Shown one piece after another: positions 23,906 through 35,379 of a stretch of 64,000 nucleotides of DNA. The stretch is from Scyliorhinus canicula (taxonomy: Eukaryota): contig NW_024055482.1 in the NCBI RefSeq assembly GCF_902713615.1, positions 248,001-312,000 on the forward strand. The letters are read 5' to 3'. The first letter of the stretch is position 1. Each line of letters opens with the position of its first letter. A model generated the notes under the pieces. That model did no database searches, was not told where the DNA came from, and was given only the letters and a program-made list of their open reading frames with translations. Both the position numbers and the translations under genes were made by a program.

Positions 23906-25287
23906 GCCGGAGAATGGGGATGAGAAAACATCAGCCATGATTGAATGGCGGAGCAAACTTGCTGGGCCGAGTGGCCGAATTCTGCTCCTATGTCTTGTTG
24001 TCTTATGGTGTTATACCTGGGGTGATGTTCAGTGTGTTCAGCGGGATAGTATCAGGCAGAATGGCGCAGGGAGATGCCTGGCTGATACTCAATGAGTTCA
24101 GGGCGATGGTATCAGAGGGAATGGAGGTTATTGTCGATCAATGCATCCTCGAAAATGGAGACAGTGTCAGTTTTAAATGGGCCAAAATGTAAAGTTTGAA
24201 GCAGTCAGTGATTTTGTTTGAACCAGAAAGTGCAGTTTGTGCATGTGCCAGGACAGGGCGATAAAGTGTCTATTTGTATGTTTCAAAGGGAATTTCGAGT
24301 TGATTCTCTCTATTGGATCGGCCATATTCTCTGGCCGTTTCTGCTCTCTAGTGTATCTTATAGGCCCCAAACTCAAGTAATATTTGGAAATTCGTACTCG
24401 ATTTTATGTTGTGTGCGATATACTTTCCAGCCTTTACGGCTCTCCCAAGGGTTTACACCCTCTGTTCTGTCTGCCTTATATACATAGCCTGCCTTGGGAT
24501 TATTTATTCGGCCAACATGGAGAATGTTAACCCGTGCTGCAGCGACCCTGGAAGTGTTTAATGAGACAGTGTGAAGGAAACGTTTCTTCTCCATTCACTG
24601 GCTTGATTCGGTGTCTGAAGAAGCAGAGCCCCCTCTCTTCAGAATTACCTGACATGTGACTGTGACTGACCAGAGTACGACTGAAATCACATCGATTCTC
24701 CTCGCTCTGCAATGATTCTGTCTCCGGGGTACACGCAGGTGATGCAGTGATTCTTTCACAACAGGGGAAATATTTGTCTGGGAAAGCGAAACACTGCAAC
24801 AAGGGGAGTGGGCCGTCGTCAGGGGACTTTGGAGAAAGGAGTTCAGAAAAGTCACATTTGGTTCATTTTTCATTCAGGATTTATTGAAACATTTGGAGAA
24901 AGTTTAACAGAAATGTTAATTTTCAAGTTAACAAAGAGCAAGATTACGATTGAGCGTGACATTGAGAAGAGAACACATCAGCTCTGAGCTGCCAAATGAA
25001 TGTACAACAGACACCAGAAAGAGGGAACAGGAGCTCAAAATATAGGGAAGGCAATAATTGAGAATAAGGAATTAAAAACGTTACTTATTTTCAAATGGAA
25101 ATCAAACTACAGGACAATTATAATCGAAAATTGCAATACGTCCATATTATTTCGTATTTTTCAAACAGAAAAATATTGTAAAGTCACCAGAGGGCATTTC
25201 ATGATTTCGTAACAGAGATCTTGATAAACAGCTGAATAAAATGTACGACATCCATATCAATAAATACGACATCCAAAATTCAGCCGA

Positions 25288-25296
25288 TCACTTGAT
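25288..25296 (-). CDS. IGHM: IgM TM2 exon (IK*)
   Basis: Pyrimidine tract TTTTTTCTGTTTTTACAG|ATC AAG TGA. Candidate AATAAA at 24880-24885 on the minus strand. Confidence 0.75.
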   Translation of the reverse strand: MK

Positions 25297-25426
25297 CTGT
25301 AAAAACAGAAAAAACAATGAAGCAGATGTTTGTGATCTGGGACATTAATATTTTATCAATGAAAAGTTCAGTGAGTTGTCAAACTGCTTCGATCAGCTAA
25401 AGTGTGAGTGGATCGAATGCTCTCAC

Positions 25427-25545
25427 CTTCACCAGAGTGACTGCAGCGCTGTAGGACATGCTCAGGAAGAACAGGGTGATGAATGTGGAAGCGGTTGTCA
25501 AGATGTTGCCATTATCATCCTCATAGTCTTCAGTCCGGATGCTGT
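25427..25545 (-). CDS. IGHM: IgM TM1 exon
   Basis: DSIRTEDYEDDNGNILTTASTFITLFFLSMSYSAAVTLVK with CART-type TM; acceptor TATAG and donor AAG|GTGAGA. Confidence 0.9.
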
Positions 25546-26109
25546 CTATAGAATCGAAGGGGATATAGCCGAAAATAGTTAAATTGCACTTTCATTTAGG
25601 GTATCTTTCAGAATTATATATAAATATTATCCTTTATCTTTCTGAAGTAATTTTAGTAATTTACTTTTCATTGTACATTGTTAAATTCGCGATACTCAGA
25701 AACCGATCTCTGCATCAATCTCCACAGCCGTTCGTCCTTTACGTTGCTCAGACAGTCCGTGTCACAAAACACAGCCGCTTTTGTTCAATTTCAGTTTGTT
25801 TTAGAACAATTTGGTATAATTGGAGATTATTATGATTGATACTGAGGGACGTTCATTCAGCTTCTTATTTCGACACTGTGAATGTTGCCGCTAAGAACCC
25901 GGACGTCAGTTCCCATCTTATTTGTTTATTTGCGATGGAAACATTTGTCATGTCGTTTACTGCAGCCAGTTTCTCAATCAGAACATTGTTTCAGTGCGTC
26001 TGTGGGATCATTATGGAATGGGGATATGTTTTGATTGGTATGCCCATTCAAACAGTTACATTAGAAATAAACTGTCATCTTGTTGTTTCTTTTTGTGCTT
26101 AAGTAACTC

Positions 26110-26890
26110 GTGATTTGCCTTTATCTGTTTGTCTCTCGCAATTGATGTGCAATGTGTTTTCATCTGTGATTGCCTGTATATTTTGTGATTCTATCAATGT
26201 GTATGTACGAATGAGTTATTTTTGTCTTAAAACCTTTGTTTATTTACGAATAGTTGTGTTAATGCGTGCTTATGTGTTCATGCCTGCTAATATATGTAGT
26301 AATGTGTTTATTTGTGCGCCATCTATCTATCAATGTGTGTATGCACATGCGTGTGCATGTGTGTCTCTGTGAGTGCATTCATGTGTATACAGTATTAACG
26401 TGTTGATAGATTTATATGCCTATGTTTTTAAATGTGTTTATGTCCCCTTGTATGCTACTATGCATTTTAGTGTTCTTGAACATAGAACATAGAGACCCTC
26501 CAATGCAGAAAGAGGCCATTTGCTCCTTTGAGTCTGTACCGACCCTCAGAAAGGGCACTCTACACTCTGTGTTTGTGCGTCCATATAGGCCATTAATGTG
26601 CGTGTTCATGTGTTTATACATTTGTGTTAATGTGTATGACAGTGGACGTTATTGTGTCTGCACGAATGTATCAGACAACTTGTGCTAATGTATATTTTCA
26701 TGGTTACATCTGTGTTTCGGTCCTTTTGTGATTCTGCTTCTCTTGCAAATAATATATTTGCTTTTGCGTCTGTTCGTACGCATGTGTGAATCTGCACGAT
26801 GGTTATTACTGTGTGAGCGAGCGTGTGTTTGTCTGTGTGCGTGTGTGTATTTTATGCGGGTCTGCGTGTGCTCGCATACGACAAACACAC
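26110..26890. repeat. TG/TA-rich low-complexity tract
   Basis: Degenerate (TG)n/(TA)n sequence. Confidence 0.8.
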
Positions 26891-26904
26891 TGTGTTAGCA
26901 TATG

Positions 26905-27800
26905 AGGCAGCATGGTAGCACAGTGGTTCTCAACACCAGGGTCCCAGGTTTGATTCCCGGCTTGGGTCACTGTCTGTGCGGAGTCTGCACGTGCTCCCAA
27001 TGTCTGCTTGAGTTTCCTCCGGGTGCTCCGGTTTCCTCCCACATGTCTCGAAAGACGTGCTGTTAGGTGAATTGGACATTCTGAATTCTCTCTGTCTACC
27101 CGAACAGGCGCCGGAATGTGGCAACTAGGGGATTTTTACAGTAACTTCATTGCAGTGTTATTGTAAGCCTACTTGTGACAAGAAAGATTATTTTTTTAAA
27201 ACAGTAAATGGGGCATTACACGTTTGAAAAATTGTGTTGCTGAAGGTATATTTACACCCTGGTTTGTCTGATGCAAGGTTAAAACCTGTGACCAGTAAGT
27301 AAGAAACGACTTGCATTGTTGAAAGCTGAGTCCTTACATTAAAGACTCACTCCCTTCCGAATTCTCCGCTCGGGGAATGGGAGGGGAGAAATATTGAAAC
27401 ATTGAAAACAGGTGCATGAGGCGGCCACTCAGCCCTTCGATCCTGCACCACCATTCAATATGATCATGGCTGATGATGCAAATTCAGTATCCCACACCCG
27501 CTTTCTCGCCATTATCCTTGCATGTTAGCACAGTGGTTAGCACTGTTGCTTGCAGGTTCGATTCCCGCCTTGGGCCACTGTCTGTGAGAAGTCTGCACGT
27601 TTTCCCCGTGTGTGCATGGGTTTCCTCCGGGGGCCCCAGTTTGCTCCCGCAAGTCCTGAAAGACGTGCTTGTTAGTTAATTTGGACATTCTGAATTCTCC
27701 CTCTGTGTACCCAAACAGGCGCCGGAATGTAGCGACTAGGGGCTTTTCACATCAACTTCACTGCAGTGTTAATGTAAGCCTACTTGTGAGAATAAATATC
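26905..27800 (+). mobile_element. V-SINE copies (~26905-27195 and ~27520-27800)
   Basis: tRNA head, V-domain and tail. Confidence 0.85.
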
Positions 27801-27809
27801 ATTATTATC

Positions 27810-28795
27810 CCTTTAGTCGCAAGGGCCACGTCCAGCTCCCTCTTGAATATATCCAAGGAACTTGCCCCAACAGCTTTCTGTGGTAGAGAATTCCACAAGT
27901 TCAGAACTTTCTGAGAGAAGCTGGATTCTCTGTCGGACGGATGCTCCGTTTTGCTGGCAGCTTGGGGGGGTTTCCCGACAGCGTAGGACAGCACCACAAT
28001 GGAAAACCCCATTGACCAGCCGGCGTAACAGAGCATCCGGCCGGCGGGATGAAACAGAAATGTGGCACGGCAGGGTGGATAATCCACCATTCTTCCTCAC
28101 CTCAACCCTGAATGGCGTCCTGCTTATTCTTAGGCTGCGACCCCTATTTCTGGACGTCCCCAACATTGGGAACTTTCTTCACGCATCTAGCCAGTCCAGT
28201 CCCATCAGGATATTATATGTTTCTTTGACATTCCCTCTCAATCTTCTAACCTCCAGCGAGTACAAACCCAGTTGATCATGTCTTTCTTCATATGTCAGTC
28301 CTCCCACCCCGGTGATTACTCTGGTGAACCTTCGCTGGACACCGTCAGTAGCAAGAATTTCCTACCTCAAACTGGACCAAAACTGCACACAATGTTCAAG
28401 TCCTGTATAACTGCAGCAATACATTCCAACTCCCATACACAAATCCTCTCGCTATGAAGGCTAGCTTGCCATTAACATTCCTCACCTGCTGTACCCGCGC
28501 AACAATCTTAGACGACCATTCCACCATGACACCCAGGTCTCGTTGCAATTCTACTTTTCCTAAACTGCCACAATTCAGATAATAATTTGTCTTTCTGTTT
28601 TTTCCATCAAAGCGGATGACCTCACATTCAACCACATTATATTGCATTTGCCAAGTGGTTTCTCACTCAGCCAGCCTGTCCAAGTAACCCGGAAGCCTCT
28701 TTGTATCCTACTCACAGCACACACTGCCAGCAAACTTAGTATCCTTTGCAAATCTTGAAATATTGCCTGCAATTCCTTCGTCAAAACAATTAATG
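27810..28795 (-). mobile_element. Decayed CR1 LINE 3' part
   Basis: ECEVIRFDGKNRKTNYYLN...LQRDLGVMV...LAFIARGF...VLLQLYRT. Confidence 0.85.
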
Positions 28796-28801
28796 AATAT
28801 T

Positions 28802-29095
28802 GGGCAGCGTGGTAGCACAAGTGGATCGCACCGTGGTCCCAGGTTCGATACCCCGCTGGGTCACTGTCTGTGCGGAGTCTGCAGGTTTTCCCCCATGTCT
28901 GCTTAGGTCTCCTCCGGGTGCTCCGGTTTCCTCCCACAGTCCAAAGGTGGATTGACCATTCTATATTGCCCTTAGTCAACAAAAAGGTTAGGAGGGATTA
29001 TTAGGCTACGGGACAGGGTAGACGTGAGGGTTTAAGTGGGTCGGTGCAGACTCGATGGGCAAAATAGTCTCCTTCTGCACTGTATGTTCTATGTA
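28802..29095 (+). mobile_element. HE1-type SINE
   Basis: tRNA head, V-domain and TTCTATG tail. Confidence 0.85.
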
Positions 29096-29309
29096 TTGTG
29101 AACAACTGGGGGTCCCAGCACTGAACCCTGCGGTAAATAACCTGTGAGTTCATTGTTTCTCTCTCCCTGCTGGGTTCAGCAGTTTCCTTTTCGATTCACG
29201 GCTTTGAGGAGATGGCCATACAATCAGCTGCCTAATGCACTTTCTCCTCTCTTTCTTGGTGACGTGCAGCAAAATAGTTTCAGGCTTTTCTCTTCAGTTT
29301 TGTCTGTTG

Positions 29310-30640
29310 GAGAAGTGGTGTACGATGGATTAACTAATACCCCTCCCCTCCCTCTGTTGGGGAAGTGGGGTACAGTGGATTAATTTATGCCCTCCCACGC
29401 TCTTTTTTGGGGAAGTGGGGATACAGTGGATTAACTAATGCCCCTCCACCCTGTATTGGTGAACTGTGCATATGGTAGATTAACAAATGCCCTTCCCTAT
29501 CTCGTTGTTGGGGAGTGGCGGTCTAGTAGATTAACAAATTTCCCTCCGGTTCTCTTAGTTGGGGAAGTATAGTGGATTAACTATTGCCCCTCCACCTCTC
29601 TTTGTAGTGGTGTGCGGGTACTATAGATTAAGTAATGCCTATCCCTTTCTTTGTAGGGATATGGCGGATCACTGGCTTCTCTAATGCCCCTCCCCCTCTC
29701 TATACTGGGGGAGTGCGGGTCCAGTAGATTAGCAAACGCCCTCCCCCTCAATTTGTTGGGGAATTAACTACATTAAATACAGTGAATGAACTAATGCCCC
29801 TGCTCGAGCTCTGTTGAGGAAGTTGGGGTACAGTGGTTTAAGCATTTACCCTCCAATTTCTTTGTTGTGGAAGCGGAGATACAGTGCAAAGCTAATGGCC
29901 TCCACCGATATATTTTGTGGAAATGGAATTACAGTGGGTTAACTAAAGCCCCTCATCCTGTTGGGGTACAGTGGGGGTAAGTGGATTCACTAATATCCCT
30001 CGCTTCTCTATATTGGGAAAGTGGGGTTACAGTGGATTAACTAATGCTAATCCCCAGGTCATTGCTGGTGACGTGGGGTAAAGCACAACTAAAAATGCCC
30101 CTCCCACGCACTTCTGGGGAAGTGGGCTACATTTGGTTAAATAATCCCCTTCCCCTATCTTTTTCGGGGAAGGGGGCACAATGGATTGTCTAGTTATCCT
30201 GCCCGACTCTTTGCCGGGGTAATGGCGGATCAATGGGTTAACTAATGGCCCTCCCCAGCTTTTTGTTGGGGAAGCGCGGGTACAGTGGATTAGCTAATGT
30301 TCCTCCTCCCTGTATTTGTTGGGTGAATGGGGGGGGGGGGGGGGGCCGTCGATTAACTAATGCCCATCATCTTTCTTGGGGAAATGTGGTTACAATGCAT
30401 AAAGTAATACCCCTCCCCATCTCTTTGTTGGGGAAGCGCAGGTACAGTGGATTAGCTAATGTTCCTCCTCCCTGTATTTGTTGGGGAAGTGAGGTTAGTG
30501 CATTAACTATTGCCCCTCCCCTTCTATTTGTGTGGCAAGCGGGTTACTACGGAGCAGGTAATGTCCCTCTCCCTCTCTTTGTTGGAAAAGTGGGGAGCAG
30601 TGCATTAACAATTCCCCTTTCCCCTCTCTTTGACGGTGGA
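29310..30640 (+). repeat. Degenerate ~50-bp tandem repeat, ~26 copies, in the CH4-TM1 intron
   Basis: Approximate consensus GGATTAACTAATGCCCCTCCCCTCTCTTTGTTGGGGAAGTGGGGTACAGT. Confidence 0.85.
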
Positions 30641-31501
30641 TTGCTGGTCCATGTTTCTGTTTGATCCTCAATTCAATTCCAGTGGGTGTGATGCAACAAT
30701 TTGAAACTACCATCAATTATAAAGAGATAGACAATGAGAGTAGGAGGAACACGGAAATCTAAATGTGATGTGTTTATGTGAAATGGGATTTTTAAAAAAA
30801 TAAGCTGAGAACACTCAACTTTTTTCCCAATTAAGGGGCAATTTAGCTTGGCAAATCCATCTATCTTGTAAACGTTGGAGTTGTGGGGGCGAAACCCACG
30901 CAGACACGGAGAGAATGTGAAAACTCCACATGGACAGAGACGGGATTTGAAACCTGGTCTTCATCATTGCAGGCAGCAGTGCTAACCACTGCACCACTAC
31001 GCCACCGTGCCACTCGCGCCTAAAATGGGAACTTGTCCGATTTCCCATCAATAAATATACTTTGCGCAATCCTGTTATGAATTAGTTTGACTCTGTCTGT
31101 ACACCAGGTGATTTCTATTTTTTTCATGTACCCACTTGTTTATGTTCCAATCTACCGGCTCGTATATCTTTGGGCTGTGGGGGTGAGACCCACACAGATA
31201 CGGGGAGAATGAGCAACTCGACATAATAGTAACCCGAGGTGGGATAGAACAGGCTCTTCGGGACCGTGAGGCAGCAGTTCTAAACATTACGCCACTGTGT
31301 CATTCCCTCCACTGAACATGGGTCCGAGATCTGTACAAATCTGAGTCTAATTGAAGATGTCTGACACCAGGAAAGCGGATGCACTATTAATAAAACGCTG
31401 TGTCGTTCAATCACATTTGGAGGGGGATCAAAAAATCTTTATTCTTTCTATTGTAGTTCGAAATATAACCAATAGTTTCTCATTTACATTAATTAACGGT
31501 G

Positions 31502-31872
31502 TCAATTAGAGCCAAGGGAAACGCTTAAAAAACTCAGTTCACCGCTGGATTTATTAACCGTTCTGCTGATGATCTTCAAGGGGATGGCTTCATGTCCCAC
31601 CACACAGGAGTAAGAAGCGCCGCTGGCCCACTCCTCCGCTGCAATGGATAACAGGCTGTACATGAAGAAGGAGCTATTGCCGTTCTCCGCCATCACCTCG
31701 GTGTTCTTGTAGTTCCCGGGATTCACCGGCATGTCATTGACGGTCCACTTGACGAAGATCTCTCGTGGGGAGAAACCTCTCACTAAGCAACTGAGGGAGA
31801 CGAATCTCTGAGCGGAGACGTCTTCAGCCGGGGGCAGGAGGACAGAGACGGACGGTTCCCGCGGGTTGGGAT
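31502..31872 (-). CDS. IGHM: IgM CH4 exon with disrupted secretory tailpiece (TM-form donor after 31543)
   Basis: [43 protein letters not shown]...[30 protein letters not shown]. 330 nt, phase 1/1 to the internal donor CG|GTGAAC. Tail reads [12 protein letters not shown]. Confidence 0.95.
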
Positions 31873-32219
31873 CTGCAGAAATGTACAATAAATGTTAATA
31901 AAATGGGGAATTCCGGAGACAATGGAACCGCGGGTTAGATGTGGGAGAAATGTGTTTTGTGTTGGATTTTAAAGGTTTCCATTTCCCACTTTGGGATCTG
32001 TCCGGTTTCCCAGCTCAGAGCAGAGGTGGACACAATCCTTTTCCCTGAGAATTTACGGACTGGAACAGAAAGTTTCAGAAAGTGTATGGCATGGAAACAG
32101 GCCATTCGGACCCACTGTCCTGTGCTGGTGTATCAGCTCCACACACCGGAACCCCGCCCGCCCCTACGCCACCCCCCCCCCTCCCCCCGCCATCGCCGCC
32201 ACCACATTACTCCCAGAGG

Positions 32220-34700
32220 ATTGTAAAACTGCCAATGGAACACCCTGATTGGTTCCAAAAGGGAGTCAAGAGCATGTAACTGTTGACCACTGACATTAAC
32301 ATCTGTCAGTGGCAATCCCTTAGTGTCCATTATAACGATGTAATAGCACAGCATTTAGAAATACACAATATCATCAAATGGAGTCAGCACGGTTTCCTGA
32401 CACAAAATTGGCAGAGTTGCTGATAGTGCCGAGGATGGTTTAGCACAGAGGGCTAAACAACTGGTTTATAATGCCCATCAATGCCACCGGAGCGTGTTCA
32501 ATTTATTACCGGCCTCTCTGAACAGCCGCCGGAATGTGGCGACTAAGGGCTTTTCACAGTAACTTCAGTGAAGCCTACTGGCTATTATTATTATGAAGGG
32601 GAAATCATTCTCAACAAATTGATTGCAATTAATTGAGGTGATAACAAGCAGCCTAGAGAAAGCGGAGCCAGTAGATATAATATACATTAATTTCGAAACA
32701 GCGTTTGATAAGTTAATGTACTATTGCCACGTTTGCAGGGGGTAGATTTTCAGGACTGGAGGTAATCGATGAAGTATACGGAATGCCTAAGAGAAATGGG
32801 TTCAGATACCTGCAGGTAAGGTGGTGGTGGTGGCGGGGGGGCGGGGGGGGGGGGGGTTCCGGTGGGAGGAGCGAGGTGTGGTCCTTCCCAGAGCTGCCAA
32901 CTCCGGTGTTGCACGATAAGCTGCTGACTGAGGATAATATTGGAGAGGGGAGTGACCAACATGTATGAAGAGCTGATAGACATAGAGGCCGTTCTGGAGG
33001 AGAAGATCAAGCGCAAATGGTAGGAGGGGTTGGTGAGGGGGTGCGGTCCGGGGCGTGGAAGGTCCCTTCAGGAGGGTGAACGCATCCTCGTCGTGTGCAG
33101 GTTGAGCCTCATCCAATTTAAGGTGGTGCCCAACCCCCACATGAGGGTCACGAGGATGAGCCGTTTTTTTGCTGCGGTGGACGAAGAATTAGTGGCCCAT
33201 CTTGGCATTTGCCTCCCTGATAGCCCGGGGACGGATTTTGCTCAGCTGGCGATACTGACCGCTGCCATAGATGGGGATGTGGTTGAGCAAGCTGGCAGAT
33301 TTCCTGCATTTGGAGAAGATAAAGTTCGCCTTACGTGAAGCGGAACAGGGGTTCACCCGGTGTGGAAGGCATTTATTATTTCTTCATGGTGAATTAAAGT
33401 TTCAGCCGGAGGAGAGTTAGGGGTTGTTCTCGTTGTGCGGGGGTGGGGGGCAAAAATTGAAGGGGCGGGTAGATTGCTGGGATGGGTGTTAGGGAATATG
33501 GTAGATCTGGGGTGTTTATTGTACCTGGGGGGAGTTTTTTCCATCTTTTAATTTCTTACAATTAAGGGCCAGTATAGCGTGGTCAACCCACCTACCCTGC
33601 AACCTTGGGGTTGTGGGGGTGAAACTCACGCAGACGCAGGGAGAATGCGCAAAATCCACACGGACAGTGACCCGGGTCCAGGATCAAATCCAGATCCTCT
33701 ACACCATGAGAAAGCCGTGCTAACCACTGCGCCACCATGTCACCCTTGGAGTTGTTTCTATCATAATGTTATTGTGATGTTTTCTATGATTTTTATATTT
33801 GTATGCAAAACGCCCTTTACTGAAAATATTTTTTTAAATAAGGAAAGCAAGTGGCGAGAATGACACAGGTAATCTACACAGGGATAGTCAGATTAAGTGA
33901 TTGGGGGGAAACTTACCAAAAGGAACATGATGTAGGAAAATGTGAGATTATACCTCCTTCGATAGGAGGAATAAAGGAGCTGAATGGTATTTAGATGGAG
34001 AAAGGCAGCAGAAAACTGTACCGAAGAAGGATTTGTCATCCTCCTGCAGCCATCGCAAAAAGCTAGCATGCAAGTTGTTGGGTAACAGGGAAGGCGCATT
34101 GAATGTTGAGCTTTATTTTGAAGGGAATGCTATATAAAAATAGCGAAGTGTTGATAAAACTACACAGTGCACCAGCAAAATCACACCTGATGTTCTTTGA
34201 ACACTTTGGGAAGGATGACATATTGGTTTTCGAAGCAGTCCAGAGAATGTTCATGATGTTGATCCCGGGTATGGATTTTCTTATGAAGAGTGGCTGAGTA
34301 GATTGGGCCTATACTCACTGGATATTAGAAAAATGAAGGCGACCTAATTGCGACATAAATCATTCTCAGACGGTTTGACAGGGTAAATGCCGAAAGGTTC
34401 CTATCCCTTGTGGAAGATTCTTGGACCTGAGGATTTAATCTTAAATGAAGGCATCGCCATTTAAGGCAGACATGAGGAGGAATTTTTTTTCTCGGTTGGC
34501 AGCGTATCTGTGGAATTCTGTGGTGCGAAAGGTGTAGGAATTGCATCGTTCAGTGTGTTCAAGGCTGAGATAGATGGATTTTGAATCAGTAAGGACATAA
34601 AGGGATATGGGGTTAAGGCAGGAAAGTGGAATTGAGGATTGCCTGAGATCAGTCACGGTCTCGCTGAATGCCAGCCAGTCTCAATGGACCCAATGGCCTT
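32220..34700. mobile_element. Nested CR1, L1 and SINE fragments in the CH3-CH4 intron
   Basis: CR1 RT remnants (~32250-32720, ~33840-34700), L1 ORF2 remnant on the minus strand (~32750-33560), SINE (~33550-33745). Confidence 0.75.
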
Positions 34701-34946
34701 GATCTGCTCTTACATCTTCTAGTCGATGGCCTTGCTCCATCTAAACCCAATATCACCGCCTTCAATTCACTGTTCAGTCGTCTGCATATTATTTTCCACT
34801 TTATCGTTTGCCACTCCAGATTGTTTAGTTAGTGGAATTATCAATGAAAGTAGATCAGAAATACACTGAATGCGAAATATTGACCGTTGCACTGACACTA
34901 GAAATAGACACAATGGCTCACTTATTGCTTTAATCTCAACGCTCAC

Positions 34947-35255
34947 CTATTTTCTTATGGATCGAATTACTCAAAGGAGTTGGCAGGTCCTGATGTCTCG
35001 CCACACAGTCAAACACAGCCCCACTTAGCCAGGCTTGTGTCGAGATGTTTAATTTGCTGACCACGCTCTCAGTATCTGCCCCAGGCTGGTCGGCAATCTC
35101 TGATTTCAGCGGGTTCTTCGCTTCACTCCAGGACACGTTGACTCCATAAGGAGCATTCGAAATGACGCAGGTTATGGTTACAGTCGTCTCCAGTAAGACC
35201 TGTTCTATTGGCGGTGGCAGTATTGTTACTGAGGCAATAGTGCAAAGGGGAGGAT
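34947..35255 (-). CDS. IGHM: IgM CH3 exon
   Basis: [43 protein letters not shown]...[20 protein letters not shown]. 309 nt, CACAG acceptor, G|GTGAGC donor. Confidence 0.93.
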
Positions 35256-35379
35256 CTGTGAATGAAAACATGAAAATCAACCCACGTTTCATCTTCAGAA
35301 TCAGGACAGTGGTATTCAATCTTTACTCTCTAAATGGGAATGAATCAACTTCGAAATAACAACCTCGAAAGATCGTCGA

